This document shows positions 42,438 through 53,550 of a DNA stretch of 64,000 nt, one piece after another. The stretch's first letter is position 1; every line of letters starts with the position of its first letter. Source of the stretch: Opitutales bacterium (lineage in GTDB: Bacteria; Verrucomicrobiota; Verrucomicrobiia; Opitutales; PNEW01); the NCBI GenBank assembly GCA_965197745.1, contig CBDANS010000007.1:992001-1056000 (forward strand), read 5' to 3'. The notes below the pieces were generated by a model that worked only from the letters and a program-made list of their open reading frames with translations, searched no databases and was not told where the DNA came from. Position numbers and translations under genes: made by a program.

Positions 42438-43385
42438 ATGGGTAACTCAAAAAAAATTAAATGTGGGGTTGTCGGTGTAGGCTACCTTGGCCAGCACCAT
42501 GCTCGAATTTACAATGAGTTGCCCGACTGTGAATTTTTGGGAGTCTATGATATTGATAAGGATCGCGCCCGAAAAATTGAAAAAAAATTTAAATGCGAAA
42601 ACTTCACCTCATTGGAGAAACTGGGAGATTCCTGTGATGCGGTAAGTGTGGTCGTCCCTACCGACAGCCATTGTTCCGTCGCCTTAGCATTATTGCAATC
42701 GGACTGTCATCTCCTCATTGAAAAACCGCTTTGCTCAGGTATAGATGAAGCAGAAAAAATACTTACTGCCGCGAAGAGAGCCAATACGGTTGTGCAGGTT
42801 GGTCATGTCGAGCATTTTAATCCCGTTATGACATTTCTCGAAAACGCGGTGAATGATCCAAAATATATAACCGCGGACCGTCTCGCCCCCTTTAATAAGC
42901 GTGGCACCGAAGTCGGAGTCGTCCTTGATCTAATGATTCATGATATCAGCATCATTCTTGAACTGGTGAAATCACCGGTAAAAAAAGTGGATAGTATTGG
43001 GGTTAGCGTATTATCAACAAGTGAAGATATTGCCAATGCCCGGATTACCTTTGAAAATGGTTGTGTTGCAAATATCAACACGAGCCGGGTCAGCCGGAAA
43101 AAAGTACGGGAGATACGGGTGTTTCAACCCAATGCCTACCTCTCGCTTGATTTTATGAATCAAAAAGGACACTTATTGCGCAAGGAGGGGCTGCGACTGG
43201 AAAAGGAGAAGATACCCATAGCTAAAGGCGAGCCCCTGATGTTGGAACTGGATGATTTTATAAATTGTGTGGCGAGCTACAAGGAACCGAAAGTTGGCGC
43301 CATTCTCGGAAAATCCGCTCTCGAAATTGCGATTTTGATAACCGAGCAAATACATAAGATGGATGTCATTGGCGAATCAAAGTAA
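42438..43385 (+). CDS. Gfo/Idh/MocA oxidoreductase (GnnA-like by context)
   Basis: GVGYLG.HH, EKP, GHVEHFNP and DLMIHD motifs; directly upstream of lpxB; ATG at 42438 preferred. Confidence 0.88.
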   Translation: MGNSKKIKCGVVGVGYLGQHHARIYNELPDCEFLGVYDIDKDRARKIEKKFKCENFTSLEKLGDSCDAVSVVVPTDSHCSVALALLQSDCHLLIEKPLCSGIDEAEKILTAAKRANTVVQVGHVEHFNPVMTFLENAVNDPKYITADRLAPFNKRGTEVGVVLDLMIHDISIILELVKSPVKKVDSIGVSVLSTSEDIANARITFENGCVANINTSRVSRKKVREIRVFQPNAYLSLDFMNQKGHLLRKEGLRLEKEKIPIAKGEPLMLELDDFINCVASYKEPKVGAILGKSALEIAILITEQIHKMDVIGESK

Positions 43386-43408
43386 ATGCCCGTAAAGCGA
43401 TCGCTAAT

Positions 43409-44605
43409 ATGACCGAAAAGCCCGCATATCCATTAGGATTGCCACCGCCTGAGGTTGAAAAACCGGACCTTTTAGTAATTGCCGGCGAGCATTCCGGTGA
43501 CCAGCACGCCTCCCTTATGGTAGCTGAGCTCAAAGATCAAAATCCCGATGTAAATATTGTCGCATTGGGCGGTGCCGGGCTTGAGCAGGCAGGCGCTCAA
43601 TTACTATTTAACTTAACCCATTATTCTGTAGTGGGTTTTCTAGAAGTTGTGAAAAGCTATGCTTTTTTCAAGGAGCTGTTTGAGGCTCTGATTAAATGGA
43701 TAAAAAAATATAAACCGCGTCATATCTGTTTGGTCGATTACCCGGGATTTAATTTAAGGTTGGCCGAACGGTTATTTCGGGAAAAAGTAAGTCGAAAAAG
43801 CGGAGGAGATGTGGGGGTCCACTATTATATCAGCCCTCAAATATGGGCTTGGAAGTCCGAGCGGCGTTTCAAAATGGCGCGCTTTCTCGATGGGTTGGGC
43901 CTTATCTTTCCGTTTGAGTTAGATATCTATAAGGACACGCGTTTACCCGTTCGTTTTGTCGGTCATCCTTTTGTCTCACCTGACTATCAGCTTCCGGTTG
44001 CGTATGAGGCTGACGCTCCCGTCTTATTACTCCCTGGCAGCAGACGTATTGCCGTCTCACATATTCTTCCGCCGATGGTGGATGCTTTTGCGCTCTTGTT
44101 GGAACACCGGCCTCATGAACGTGCGATTATCATTTATCCAAGCGATGAAATACGAAGTGTAATTGAAGGTATTATTTCAAAGAAGGGTAAGGCAGCCAGC
44201 CATATAGACCTCCGAATGATTGGTCACAATGTGAAAGGCAAAGCGGCATTGACGAGTTCCGGTACGATATCACTGGCCTGTGGACTCGCGGGTATTCCCG
44301 GGGCTATTGTTTATCGAGCGCATACACTCACCTATTGGTTTGCCCGGTTTCTTATTCGCGTTCCATATCTCGGTATTGCCAATCTCCTCCTGGAAAGACC
44401 GTTCTATAAAGAGTATATTCAAGGTCGTGTCACACCCAATCGTTTGGTCAGGGACCTGGAGGAAGCGATTGGTTCAGAAGAAAGAATCAGCGCCGCGCAA
44501 ATTGCCGCTCAACAGTTGCAAGAAATTTTAAGCAGCAAGAGCAGTGAATCAGCCGCTACCTGGATATCAGAACAGATGATAGGCGATCAGGATGTGGTTC
44601 CCTGA
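43409..44605 (+). CDS. lpxB: Lipid-A-disaccharide synthase
   Basis: AGEHSGD, DYPGFN, PQIWAW, PFE, FVGHP, LPGSR and SGT motifs. Confidence 0.95.
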   Translation: MTEKPAYPLGLPPPEVEKPDLLVIAGEHSGDQHASLMVAELKDQNPDVNIVALGGAGLEQAGAQLLFNLTHYSVVGFLEVVKSYAFFKELFEALIKWIKKYKPRHICLVDYPGFNLRLAERLFREKVSRKSGGDVGVHYYISPQIWAWKSERRFKMARFLDGLGLIFPFELDIYKDTRLPVRFVGHPFVSPDYQLPVAYEADAPVLLLPGSRRIAVSHILPPMVDAFALLLEHRPHERAIIIYPSDEIRSVIEGIISKKGKAASHIDLRMIGHNVKGKAALTSSGTISLACGLAGIPGAIVYRAHTLTYWFARFLIRVPYLGIANLLLERPFYKEYIQGRVTPNRLVRDLEEAIGSEERISAAQIAAQQLQEILSSKSSESAATWISEQMIGDQDVVP

Positions 44606-45630
44606 TGGTTAAAGCCGAGCCATAAGGATTTTGATTTTTCATGGAGATATTGACGGCATCGGTCAATCTCAGCGGTGCGTGACTTAATATTTTCGTTAGC
44701 AATTTCTGATAAATCATCGAGGTTATAGAGAAAAACATTGGGGATATTCGCGACACGGATATCGATATCGCGCGGCATTGCCAGATCTATGAGAAACATT
44801 GGCCGATCGGGTCGCTCTCTTATCGCAGATTCAATAGTCGAAAATGAAATAATGGGCTCAGTTGATGCCGTCGAACATATGATTATATCGAAGGAGGTAA
44901 GTGTTTCGGGGTATTCTTCAAACAATATTGCCTGCCCTCCGATAGCGTTTGCAAGCGCTACAGCGTTATCGTGGGTACGGCTGGAAATAGCGATGGATCG
45001 GGCGCCACGGCTTTTAAGCGCTTTTAGTGTTTTTTCGCCTACTTCACCGGTGCCAATGACAAGGATCCGGCTAAGATTGAGATCGCCGAAAATGCGAAGG
45101 GCAAGATCAACCGCGACGTTGCCAATGCTTATCTGGCCTCGCCCTATGGCCGAGTTGCTCCGCACCCATTTAGCGGCCTGAAAGCTTTTTTGAAATAACC
45201 GGTGGAGAACCGGACCCACCGTTGATTTTTCCACCGCGGACTGATAAGAGCTTTTTACCTGACCGGTGATCTCCGTCTCGCCTACAATTTGTGAGTCGAT
45301 TCCTGATGATACTTCAAATAGATGATTGACCACATCGTGATTTACTTTCCAGAAGCTGTATTTCTTAAAGAGCTCGCGGTCGAAGTCATGAAATTTGCAA
45401 AAGTAGTGCTCAAGAGCATTTTTGATTTCATCATCATGAGAGACAGCATAAAGTTCTATTCGGTTACAGGTATTCAGAACCAGGCACTCCTTAAGAGTCT
45501 CGATTTCATTTAAACCTGAATAGAGGGAGGCCATCTTCTCTTCTCCGACGGTTATTTTTTCCCGGATTTCCAAGGGAGCAGAACGGTGGGTGCTGCCCAG
45601 TAGGAATAAGTTATCTCGAGTTTGGTTCAT
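44587..45630 (-). CDS. hemA: Glutamyl-tRNA reductase (short C-terminus)
   Basis: TCNRIE, GIDSQIVGETEI.GQ and DLAMPRD motifs; ATG at 45630 avoids overlap with the upstream gene. Confidence 0.95.
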   Translation of the reverse strand: MNQTRDNLFLLGSTHRSAPLEIREKITVGEEKMASLYSGLNEIETLKECLVLNTCNRIELYAVSHDDEIKNALEHYFCKFHDFDRELFKKYSFWKVNHDVVNHLFEVSSGIDSQIVGETEITGQVKSSYQSAVEKSTVGPVLHRLFQKSFQAAKWVRSNSAIGRGQISIGNVAVDLALRIFGDLNLSRILVIGTGEVGEKTLKALKSRGARSIAISSRTHDNAVALANAIGGQAILFEEYPETLTSFDIIICSTASTEPIISFSTIESAIRERPDRPMFLIDLAMPRDIDIRVANIPNVFLYNLDDLSEIANENIKSRTAEIDRCRQYLHEKSKSLWLGFNHQGTTS

Positions 45631-45637
45631 GATCTCG

Positions 45638-46486
45638 TCAGGGTACTTGAACAGATGATTGTTTCTCATCGAATGCCCTGCTTGATTCAATGGGCCACAG
45701 TGATAACAGTGCGGCGGTAAAGAGGACAAGGCAGGTCCAGGCAAAATTATTACTGAGTAAACGGTTGAGTTTTCTCAGGACCAAAACGATGAGGTATGCC
45801 AACCAGACAGCCAGGGTGATAATTAATTTTGGGTTTTGAATTTGCCCGACTTCTCCGACCCAATTGACGATACCTACGATGAGAGCAAAAGTGAGGACGA
45901 CAACGCCGGTGAATAAGAGTCGATTATTCATGTGGTCTAATTGCAGGATAGAGGGTAAATAAATAAACATACCCTTAAATCGTTTGTGTTTAAGACCGTA
46001 ATTCTGGACAAGATACATCATTGACGTTAGGGTGAGTGTGGCGAAGACACCATAGCTGAAAATAGCCATTGAGGCATGCGTTTCAATCCAGGGATTGTTA
46101 CCGAAGGCACTGGTGTCGTACGGGTAGTCCCATTTTTTAACGAGCAATGAGATTATTCCCAGTGTTGATGCCAGGCCCGCACTGAAAAACCCGAGCAAGC
46201 TCATGCGGAAAGCCGGTCCAATAACCAGATAGATAAGAATGATCGTCCAGGATATAAATTGAATTATTTCGAAAGGATTCCCCAGCGGACAGCTACCTGT
46301 TTCCAAACCACGTTGGTAAAGCCCCAAATTTTGGAAAATAAATCCGGTTACAATAAGCGTGAGGAGGATTATGTGGGAATAACGTTTAGACCTCGCGAGG
46401 GCAATAAGTCCGAAAATAAAGGCAAGACTAAAAGAAAGATTGGCAGTCCAGATCAGGAGTCGTTCATCTGTAGCGAGAAAGTTCAT
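45638..46486 (-). CDS. Cytochrome c assembly (CcsA/HemX-like) membrane protein
   Basis: Multi-TM protein with CPLGN..E, W.ETH and PK...L..WL.Y motifs; between hemH and hemA. Confidence 0.8.
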   Translation of the reverse strand: MNFLATDERLLIWTANLSFSLAFIFGLIALARSKRYSHIILLTLIVTGFIFQNLGLYQRGLETGSCPLGNPFEIIQFISWTIILIYLVIGPAFRMSLLGFFSAGLASTLGIISLLVKKWDYPYDTSAFGNNPWIETHASMAIFSYGVFATLTLTSMMYLVQNYGLKHKRFKGMFIYLPSILQLDHMNNRLLFTGVVVLTFALIVGIVNWVGEVGQIQNPKLIITLAVWLAYLIVLVLRKLNRLLSNNFAWTCLVLFTAALLSLWPIESSRAFDEKQSSVQVP

Positions 46487-46529
46487 TTCAATATTTTGGC
46501 TGGAGCGATAAATTAATGAAAGTTATAAA

Positions 46530-47549
46530 TCAATTATCATCCCGGTCCCATTGGTTAATTTTATCCGCTAAATATTGAATAAAAGCCGGATGGTTGTTCA
46601 GGCAGGGGATGAGTTCCAGATTCCCGCCACCTGATTCTTTAAATAGTTTTTTTCCATCGATAGCAATTTCCTCAAGTGTTTCCAGACAGTCGGACACGAA
46701 AGCCGGGCACATGACCAGAACATTTTTCAAACCCATTTGACCCAATTTTTTTATCATTTCGTCGGTAAAGGGCTGCAGCCAGGGTTCACGCCCCAAGCGG
46801 GATTGAAACGAGAGACAGTACTTATGCGATTGCAGGTTCAAACCTTTAACAAACAACTCCACGGTTTTAAAACATTGGTGACGATAACAGGTAGCATGAA
46901 CCGAATTATCAACTTTGCAACAATCCGGTTCCATTAAGCAGTGACGGTGTGATAAATCCGCCTTTCTTATATGCCTCTCAGGCAATCCATGGAAACTGAA
47001 AATGACTTTGTCATAGTCCTTTTGCAGGTAGGGTAGAGCATTCTCGATAAGGGCATTGATATAATCGGGGTCATTGTAGAATGGTGATAGCAGGGTAGTA
47101 TGCATTTCAGGTTTATGGCGCGCGATTTCCTCCTTTACTCTAACGGCGACGGTTTCATAGCTGGACATGGCGTACTGGGGATAGAGAGGCATGATGAAAA
47201 TATTAACAATGCCTTGATCTACCAGGTCAGCTATAACATCCTTGATTGCGGGTTTTCCATATCGCATCGCTGATACCACGGGGATGTTAACTTTTTCCGC
47301 CACATTATTTTTTTGCTCCCGGCTGATAATGAGAAGAGGGGAACCTTCCGGTTGCCATATCCTACGATAGGCTGCCGCGGTTTTTGGGGGTCGAAAGGGA
47401 AGTATAAATAAATTTACTATCAAGCCGCGAAGCGGTGAATCAATTACCCTGGGGTCTGTGAGAAACTCTCTTAAGTAGCGTCTAACGTCTCCGACATCTG
47501 TTGAATCGGGAGATCCTAAATTCAGCAATAAGGCTGCTTTTTTTGACAT
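46530..47549 (-). CDS. hemH: Ferrochelatase
   Basis: LLNLGSP, FSFHGLP, FQSRLG...WL.P and FVSDCLETLEE motifs. Confidence 0.96.
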   Translation of the reverse strand: MSKKAALLLNLGSPDSTDVGDVRRYLREFLTDPRVIDSPLRGLIVNLFILPFRPPKTAAAYRRIWQPEGSPLLIISREQKNNVAEKVNIPVVSAMRYGKPAIKDVIADLVDQGIVNIFIMPLYPQYAMSSYETVAVRVKEEIARHKPEMHTTLLSPFYNDPDYINALIENALPYLQKDYDKVIFSFHGLPERHIRKADLSHRHCLMEPDCCKVDNSVHATCYRHQCFKTVELFVKGLNLQSHKYCLSFQSRLGREPWLQPFTDEMIKKLGQMGLKNVLVMCPAFVSDCLETLEEIAIDGKKLFKESGGGNLELIPCLNNHPAFIQYLADKINQWDRDDN

Positions 47550-47711
47550 GAACTGAACTGATTATCGCGATCTCTTCAAGATTAACACGCGGATCGCGTC
47601 ACAATATAAATGAGAGGTCACTGTAATGCGCAGAAATGTGTCATCACGCAGCCCCTGAAGTCAAGTACGGCTTATCTCAATAAATGAAAAGGAATAAAAG
47701 TTAGTTGGCAC

Positions 47712-47735
47712 TTATGACCCACGAGTGGGTCATAA
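47712..47735. promoter_or_regulatory. Perfect 11-bp-arm palindrome, operator-like
   Basis: TTATGACCCAC-GA-GTGGGTCATAA in the divergent hemH/S8 intergenic region. Confidence 0.4.
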
Positions 47736-47904
47736 TAAATTGATCCCATACCCTATTAAACCATAAGCAAAATGGGGGGAGAAAGAAGAACTCGTTTTAT
47801 AGCAGGCTTTGATATACACTACTCTTCAATTATAAACATAATTCGCTGACACGTGAGTGAGATGGAAATTCAGGTTATGACCTGCCCGTAAAGTTAATTT
47901 ATAT

Positions 47905-50900
47905 ATGCAACGTTTATTCTATCATTGGGGTGCGTTCATTGTATTGACGTTTATTGGATTAGGATCAATAGCGAGTCTATGGTTTCTGAGCCAGGAAAAG
48001 AGCGAAGCGGTCACTGAAAAAAATACTGCTGCCAAGAGCCCGGTGTCAGCAGTTGATCAGGGAGCCATCAATAGTCAGGGGATTGACGGTATTGCCGATC
48101 AAAGTAATTCCGATAATCGAGCAGCCTTTATAAGACCTCAGCGGTCAACTGTGGATAATATTTCAGAATCCTGGCCTGACGCCGAGCACCTGCTGGAGGA
48201 AGTGTCAAAACCGGATGAGAACGGACATTATCGACGCATCACCATACTTCAACCTAGAGATTTGCCCTACAAAGTACGTATCGAAAAAAAAATTGGCATC
48301 GACCCGGTGACAGGTGAAGAAAAGATACTAAGCGAAAATGAAATGGTGGCTGATCAGGTTATCATTAAGTTAAAGCCGGGCCAATCAGAGGGAGCAATAG
48401 CGGACGTGATCTCAGATCTTGGAGGGGTGCTTCACCACCCCTTTCAGGATTGCGATTTTATGATAGTAAAGCTGCGTGATCTCAAAATCGAAGCAGTCCC
48501 CAATGCTCTAGAGGTTCTATTAAGCCATAGGGAAACACTTGAATATGTTGAACCCGACTACATTGTTCGCGGGGCTGTATTGCCTGATGACCCACGATTT
48601 GTCGACGGCTCTCAATGGGGATTAAATAACATCGGTCAGAAAGGAGGTGTTGATGACGCTGATATTGATGCCCCGGAAGGTTGGGAGATTAAACATGATG
48701 CCAGCGATGTAATCGTTGCGGTTATTGATTCAGGCACTCGTTACACACATGAAGATCTGGCCGAGAATATGTGGGTAAATACGGGGGAAATTCCGAATGA
48801 TGGTATTGATAACGACGGTAACGGGGTGAAAGACGATGTTTTCGGTTTGAACAGTATAGAAGACACCGGTGACCCCAATGATGACAATGGCCACGGCACA
48901 CTCGTTGCAGGAATTATCGGGGCCATTGGTGACAATGGGATCGGGGTTACCGGTATTGCCTGGAGGACTCAATTAATGGCATTAAAATTTCTTAGCGAGG
49001 ATGGTAATGGGGTAGTATCCGATGCGGTTGAATGTATTCATTATGGCCGCAGGCATGGCGCACAGATTATGAACGCCAGTTGGTCGGGCGGCGGTTTCTC
49101 CCTTACACTGCTTAACGCCATAGAAAACACACGCAATTCCGGTATATTATTTGTCACGGCTGCTGGAAATTTTTCCAGTGATAATGACATCGTCCCCCTA
49201 TTCCCGGCTAATTACTTCCTTGATAATATTGTCAGTGTAGCGAGCACGACACGCGCTGATAATATTTCAGGTTTTTCAAATTTCGGAGAAAGTACCGTTG
49301 ACATTGCTGCGCCGGGATCTGCGATACTGACTACCTTTAACCGGAGTAATTCCGACTATGTTACGCGTAGCGGAACTTCCATGGCTACACCCTACGTAAG
49401 CGGTGTTCTTGCGCTTTTGAAATCAAATTATCCCGATGAAGACTACAGGACTCTGATCAACCGACTCCTCGCTGGAGGTGATAAAATCAATGAGACCGAA
49501 AATAAAGTTCGATCGAGTGCCCGGCTCAACCTTGCCACTTCACTTAACCTCGATCCTATACCGGAGCTCCCCGAATTTACCGAACCTTTAAGAACTCAGG
49601 TAGCAGGAGAAAATGGAAGTGTGGTTTTCAGGGTGGAGGTAAAAGGGGATCCCCCATTTATATACAGTTGGTCTAAGGACGGTCAGACTATTCCCGGGGC
49701 CACACAAAATTTCCTCATTGTCGATAATATCGATGTAAGCAAAGAAGGGATCTACAAAGTAAAAGTCTCCAATCCCTTTGGAAAAAACAGCAGTAGCGCG
49801 AATCTTTTTGTAGCTACCGTAAGGCCGGAATTGGCCTTAGCGCTGGATGCGCGGGAACATACCTGGCATAGCGTGGGCTTTGCCCTTTGGCTGAGTCAGC
49901 CCGATGTCACTCGTGATGGAATTGATGCGGACGCAAGCGGATTAATCTCGGACAATCTTATCACCCAATTTCAGACGACCATTAATGGACCCGGCACCGC
50001 CTCATTTTGGTGGCGATCTTCTTCAGAGGTACTCTATGATTTTCTTCGTTTTGCCATCGATGGTGAGCAGCAAATATCTATTTCAGGAATCAATGATTGG
50101 AGCCAGGAAGTCATTTCTTTAACCGAGGGTGAACATGTATTAGCCTGGAGCTACACCAAGGATGGAAGCTTATCCATTGGAGATGACCGAGGTTATGTTG
50201 ATAATTTTGTTTTCAGCCCTGAAGATTCCATAGCGCCGGTCATCGTTTCAATAACCGAGAACAAAGTAATACCACCCGGCTCAAATGTCGGTTTTAAAGT
50301 CGTGGCGACGGGAACCCCTTCCCTCCGGTATCAATGGGAAAAAGATGGAGTACGCTTAGCAGGGGAGACGCAGACGCAGTTAAATCTTACTGAGGTTTCA
50401 TTTTCTGATTCTGGTATTTATCGAGTGGAAGTTTCTACCCCATCAGCTTCAATCTTGAGTGATGCATTTAACCTTACCATTCAAGATTCGGACAATGCCC
50501 TGTCACTGGCATTGGATAATGAAACAACACCCTGGAGTAGTGGTGGCAGCAATCAATGGTTTAACCAGTCTACCGTTGCCCTTGATGGGGTCGACGCTTT
50601 GCAGAGTGGCAACATTTCTGATAGTGAGACTTCATTTTTTAATACTGCCGTAACCGGGCCTGGAGTAGCCTCATTTTATTGGAAAGTATCTTCCGAAGCG
50701 GGTAATGACGTCCTGAGCTTTTTTATTGATGACACGCTTCAAGAATCAATTTCTGGAAATATTGATTGGAAGCAGGTTAATTTCGCTGTTCCTGCCGGAG
50801 CACAAATTCTGCGATGGGAATATGAGAAAAATGATAGCATTTCGGAAGGCACCGATGCGGGATGGGTAGACCAGTTTCAATTCCAATCAACAGATCCCGA

Positions 50901-52387
50901 ATTACCGGTTATCATTCGACAACCGATCAATACTCTGTCCACAGAAGGTGATAGTGTGCGATTTACGGTTAATGCATCCGGGCAGCAGCCTTTAAATTAT
51001 AAGTGGCGCAAGGATGGATTCGATCTACCCGGAGAAACAGGTGAAGAACTGAACCTTATTTCGGTAAATTCATCTGACGCAGGTATTTTTTCCGTTCAAA
51101 TAGCTAACGATTTTGGAAGGGTCATAAGTGATCAGGTATCACTCGTTGTGTTTAAAAGTGGAGATCCCTTAGGGCAAGCGCTTGAGCTCTTTAATCCTTC
51201 TCTAAGCACGTGAGGGAACAATGACTGGTTCCCCCAGGCGATCATTAATCGGGATGGTGAAGATGCCCTCCAAAGCGGACCAATAGAAGATGGCCAGTTC
51301 TCTGAGTTCAGCTTAAATTTAGAGGGACCGCGCACCTTGTCATTCTGGTGGAGAGTATCATCTGAAGAGGGACGCGATTTTCTCCGCTTATATTTTAATA
51401 ACGATCTAAGAGCCGAGATTTCGGGGCTGATGGATTGGCAGCAACGCCATATACCCATTCCAGCCGGTTTGCATGAACTACGCTGGGTGTATGAGAAAGA
51501 TTTCAGTGGATCGAAAGGATTAGATACGGCATGGGTGGATACTCTTTCTTTTGCCCCGGTTTCTGAGACATTTAATCCCGCCCTCGATACATTGGGACTG
51601 GTTTGGAATACAGATGGTGATGCCTCCTGGTTTCAGCAGGAAATAATAACTTTCGACGGAGAAGATGCTTTGCAGAGTGGAAATATATCCGATGGCGAAG
51701 AGACATGGGCAGAGACTACCGTTTTGGGTCCCGGGACCCTTGCTTTCTGGTGGCGCGTAGAGTCAGAGCCGGAAAATGATACGCTTGGCTTTTACTTTGA
51801 TGATGAACTGATTGAAGAAATTTCAGGAAACAGCGGGTGGCAGCGTAAAAGTTACAGTTTTGGAAAAGGCGCTCATAACCTGCGCTGGCGCTATGCTAAA
51901 AACGCATCAATTAGCAAGGGGTTGGACGGCGGTTGGCTGGACCAGGTAGTCTATGTCGGTGCGGTCAGACCATTTGATGCCTGGCGCGCGGAGCATTTTA
52001 CGGCATCCGAACTAAATGATGATATGATCAGCGGTAATTTTGCAGACGCAGATAATGATGGAGTGGCAAATATCCTGGAGTATGCAGTAGGTCAGAATCC
52101 GCGTCTGTCTGACAGGTTTGGACTGCCAACCGTTGCGGCCATAGATGTCAATGGTTTGAACTATTTAACCCTGACCTATCAACGCAACAAGTTGGCAACT
52201 GATATAATTTATAGCATAGAAGTCTCGAGTGATCTCATAGAATGGGATTCATCATCAACTGCGACCCGTCGAAGTCGGTGTGACAAATCTCGATAATCAG
52301 TCAGAGCTGGTCGTTGTGCGTGACACCGTATCAATTGATTCAGTCTCAAAGCGCTTTATGCGACTGCGGGCGAAAGCGCTTGATTGA
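47905..52387 (+). pseudogene. Large exported S8 subtilase with Ig-like and repeated beta-sandwich domains; in-frame TGA at 51211-51213 and +1 frameshift near 52265
   Basis: IDSG, HGT and SGTSMATP triad. The frame continues past the TGA into the 51337 ORF with the same repeat unit. The shifted 3' frame reads ...ELVVVRDTVSIDSVSKRFMRLRAKALD*. Confidence 0.8.
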
Positions 52388-52391
52388 TGGT

Positions 52392-52597
52392 TGAAGAAGT
52401 GAACAGTGAATAGTGAACAGTGAACAGTGGAAGAATGGAAGGATGGATGATTGGATGGGAATGATATCATTAATAATCTTCGTCTTCGCTTGCCACGGCG
52501 TAGTCCCGCAATCGCGGGGCGAAGACGGGTCTGCCTTGCTCACGTGAGCACGCTAATCGGATCGTCTTCGTCGCTTTATTTATTTACAATAATATTA
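52392..52597. repeat. Repeat island: GAACAGT/GGATGGAT runs plus family A (52489-52528)
   Basis: Near copy of 5423-5545. Confidence 0.8.
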
Positions 52598-52658
52598 CGT
52601 GTTTATCCCCTTGACATACTTAAAAATATGTGGTATTGTTTATTTAGAAAGGTAAAAA

Positions 52659-53512
52659 ATGACAACGTTTTATAAATTCCAAAAGCAATTCCCAGACGAT
52701 AACGCGTGCTTGCATCAAATTATGATTTCTCGCTATGGGGGAACACGATTTGATTGCCCTAAATGTGAACATCCCAGCAAGTTTCACCGCATGAAGGAAC
52801 AAAGAAACTATGTTTGCCAAAGGTGCGGACATCATTTGTATCCATGTGTCGGCACTCCGTTTGAACGCTCTCGCACATCTTTGCATAAATGGTTTTATGC
52901 TATGTATCTGTTTGCCACATCCCGCCACGGGGTTGCCGCTAAGGAACTTCAACGGCAACTTGGCGTAACTTACAAAACAGCATGGCGTATGGCGCACGAA
53001 ATCCGCAAATATATGGCTGAGGTGGATGGGGAAAGTCCTTTGAGAGGTATTATAGAAACTGATGAGACTTATATTGGAGGAAAAAGCTCTGGAGGAAAAA
53101 GAGGACGAGGTGCCCTAACAAGACAGTAGTTTTCGGCATGTTGGAACGCGATGGGGAAGTAATGACCAAGGTTGTCCCTAATGTCAGAAAGCGAACTCTT
53201 CAACCAATTATGAAAGAAAATGTTGAACCTAAAAGCACTGTTCATACCGACGAACTTCGATCTTATTCTGGACTGGCCAAAGATGGTTATATCCACAAGA
53301 CTGTCGATCATGGATCGGGTGAATATGTAAAAGGTAATTGCCATGTCAACGGGATTGAGGGATTCTGGGCTCGTTTGAAGCTTTCGATTTGCGGGACGCA
53401 TGTTCATGTTTCTGGGAAGCACCTTTTGAAGTATGTAAAGGAGTTTGAGTATCGTTACAACCGCCGGAAGGCTCCCGCTTCGATTTTCGCTGATCTGGTG
53501 GCCTGCCTCTAA
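52659..53512 (+). pseudogene. IS1595-family transposase, frameshifted near 53114
   Basis: N-terminal CPKC..CQRC zinc ribbon, LGVTYKTAW HTH, ETDETY, HTDE, NGIEGFW and EF.YRYN motifs. Adding one C in GCCCTAAC restores GRGAPNKTVVFGML across the two ORFs. Confidence 0.88.
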
Positions 53513-53550
53513 CGATCATCGCTTCTAGCAGAGCATTGAATCTGTTCATA

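Noticed and set aside
45631..45744. N-terminal extension of HemA given by the ORF track
   Set aside because: Overlaps the upstream ccsA-like gene; HemA similarity begins after ATG 45630.
51211..51213. TGA recoding (Trp, Gly or Sec) explaining the S8 in-frame stop
   Set aside because: TGA terminates many intact genes in the window, the aligned position is not Cys or Trp, and the gene carries a second lesion.
53110..53140. Programmed frameshift in the IS1595 transposase
   Set aside because: No slippery A-run at the junction and this family normally has a single ORF; a one-base loss in a C-run or a sequencing error is simpler.
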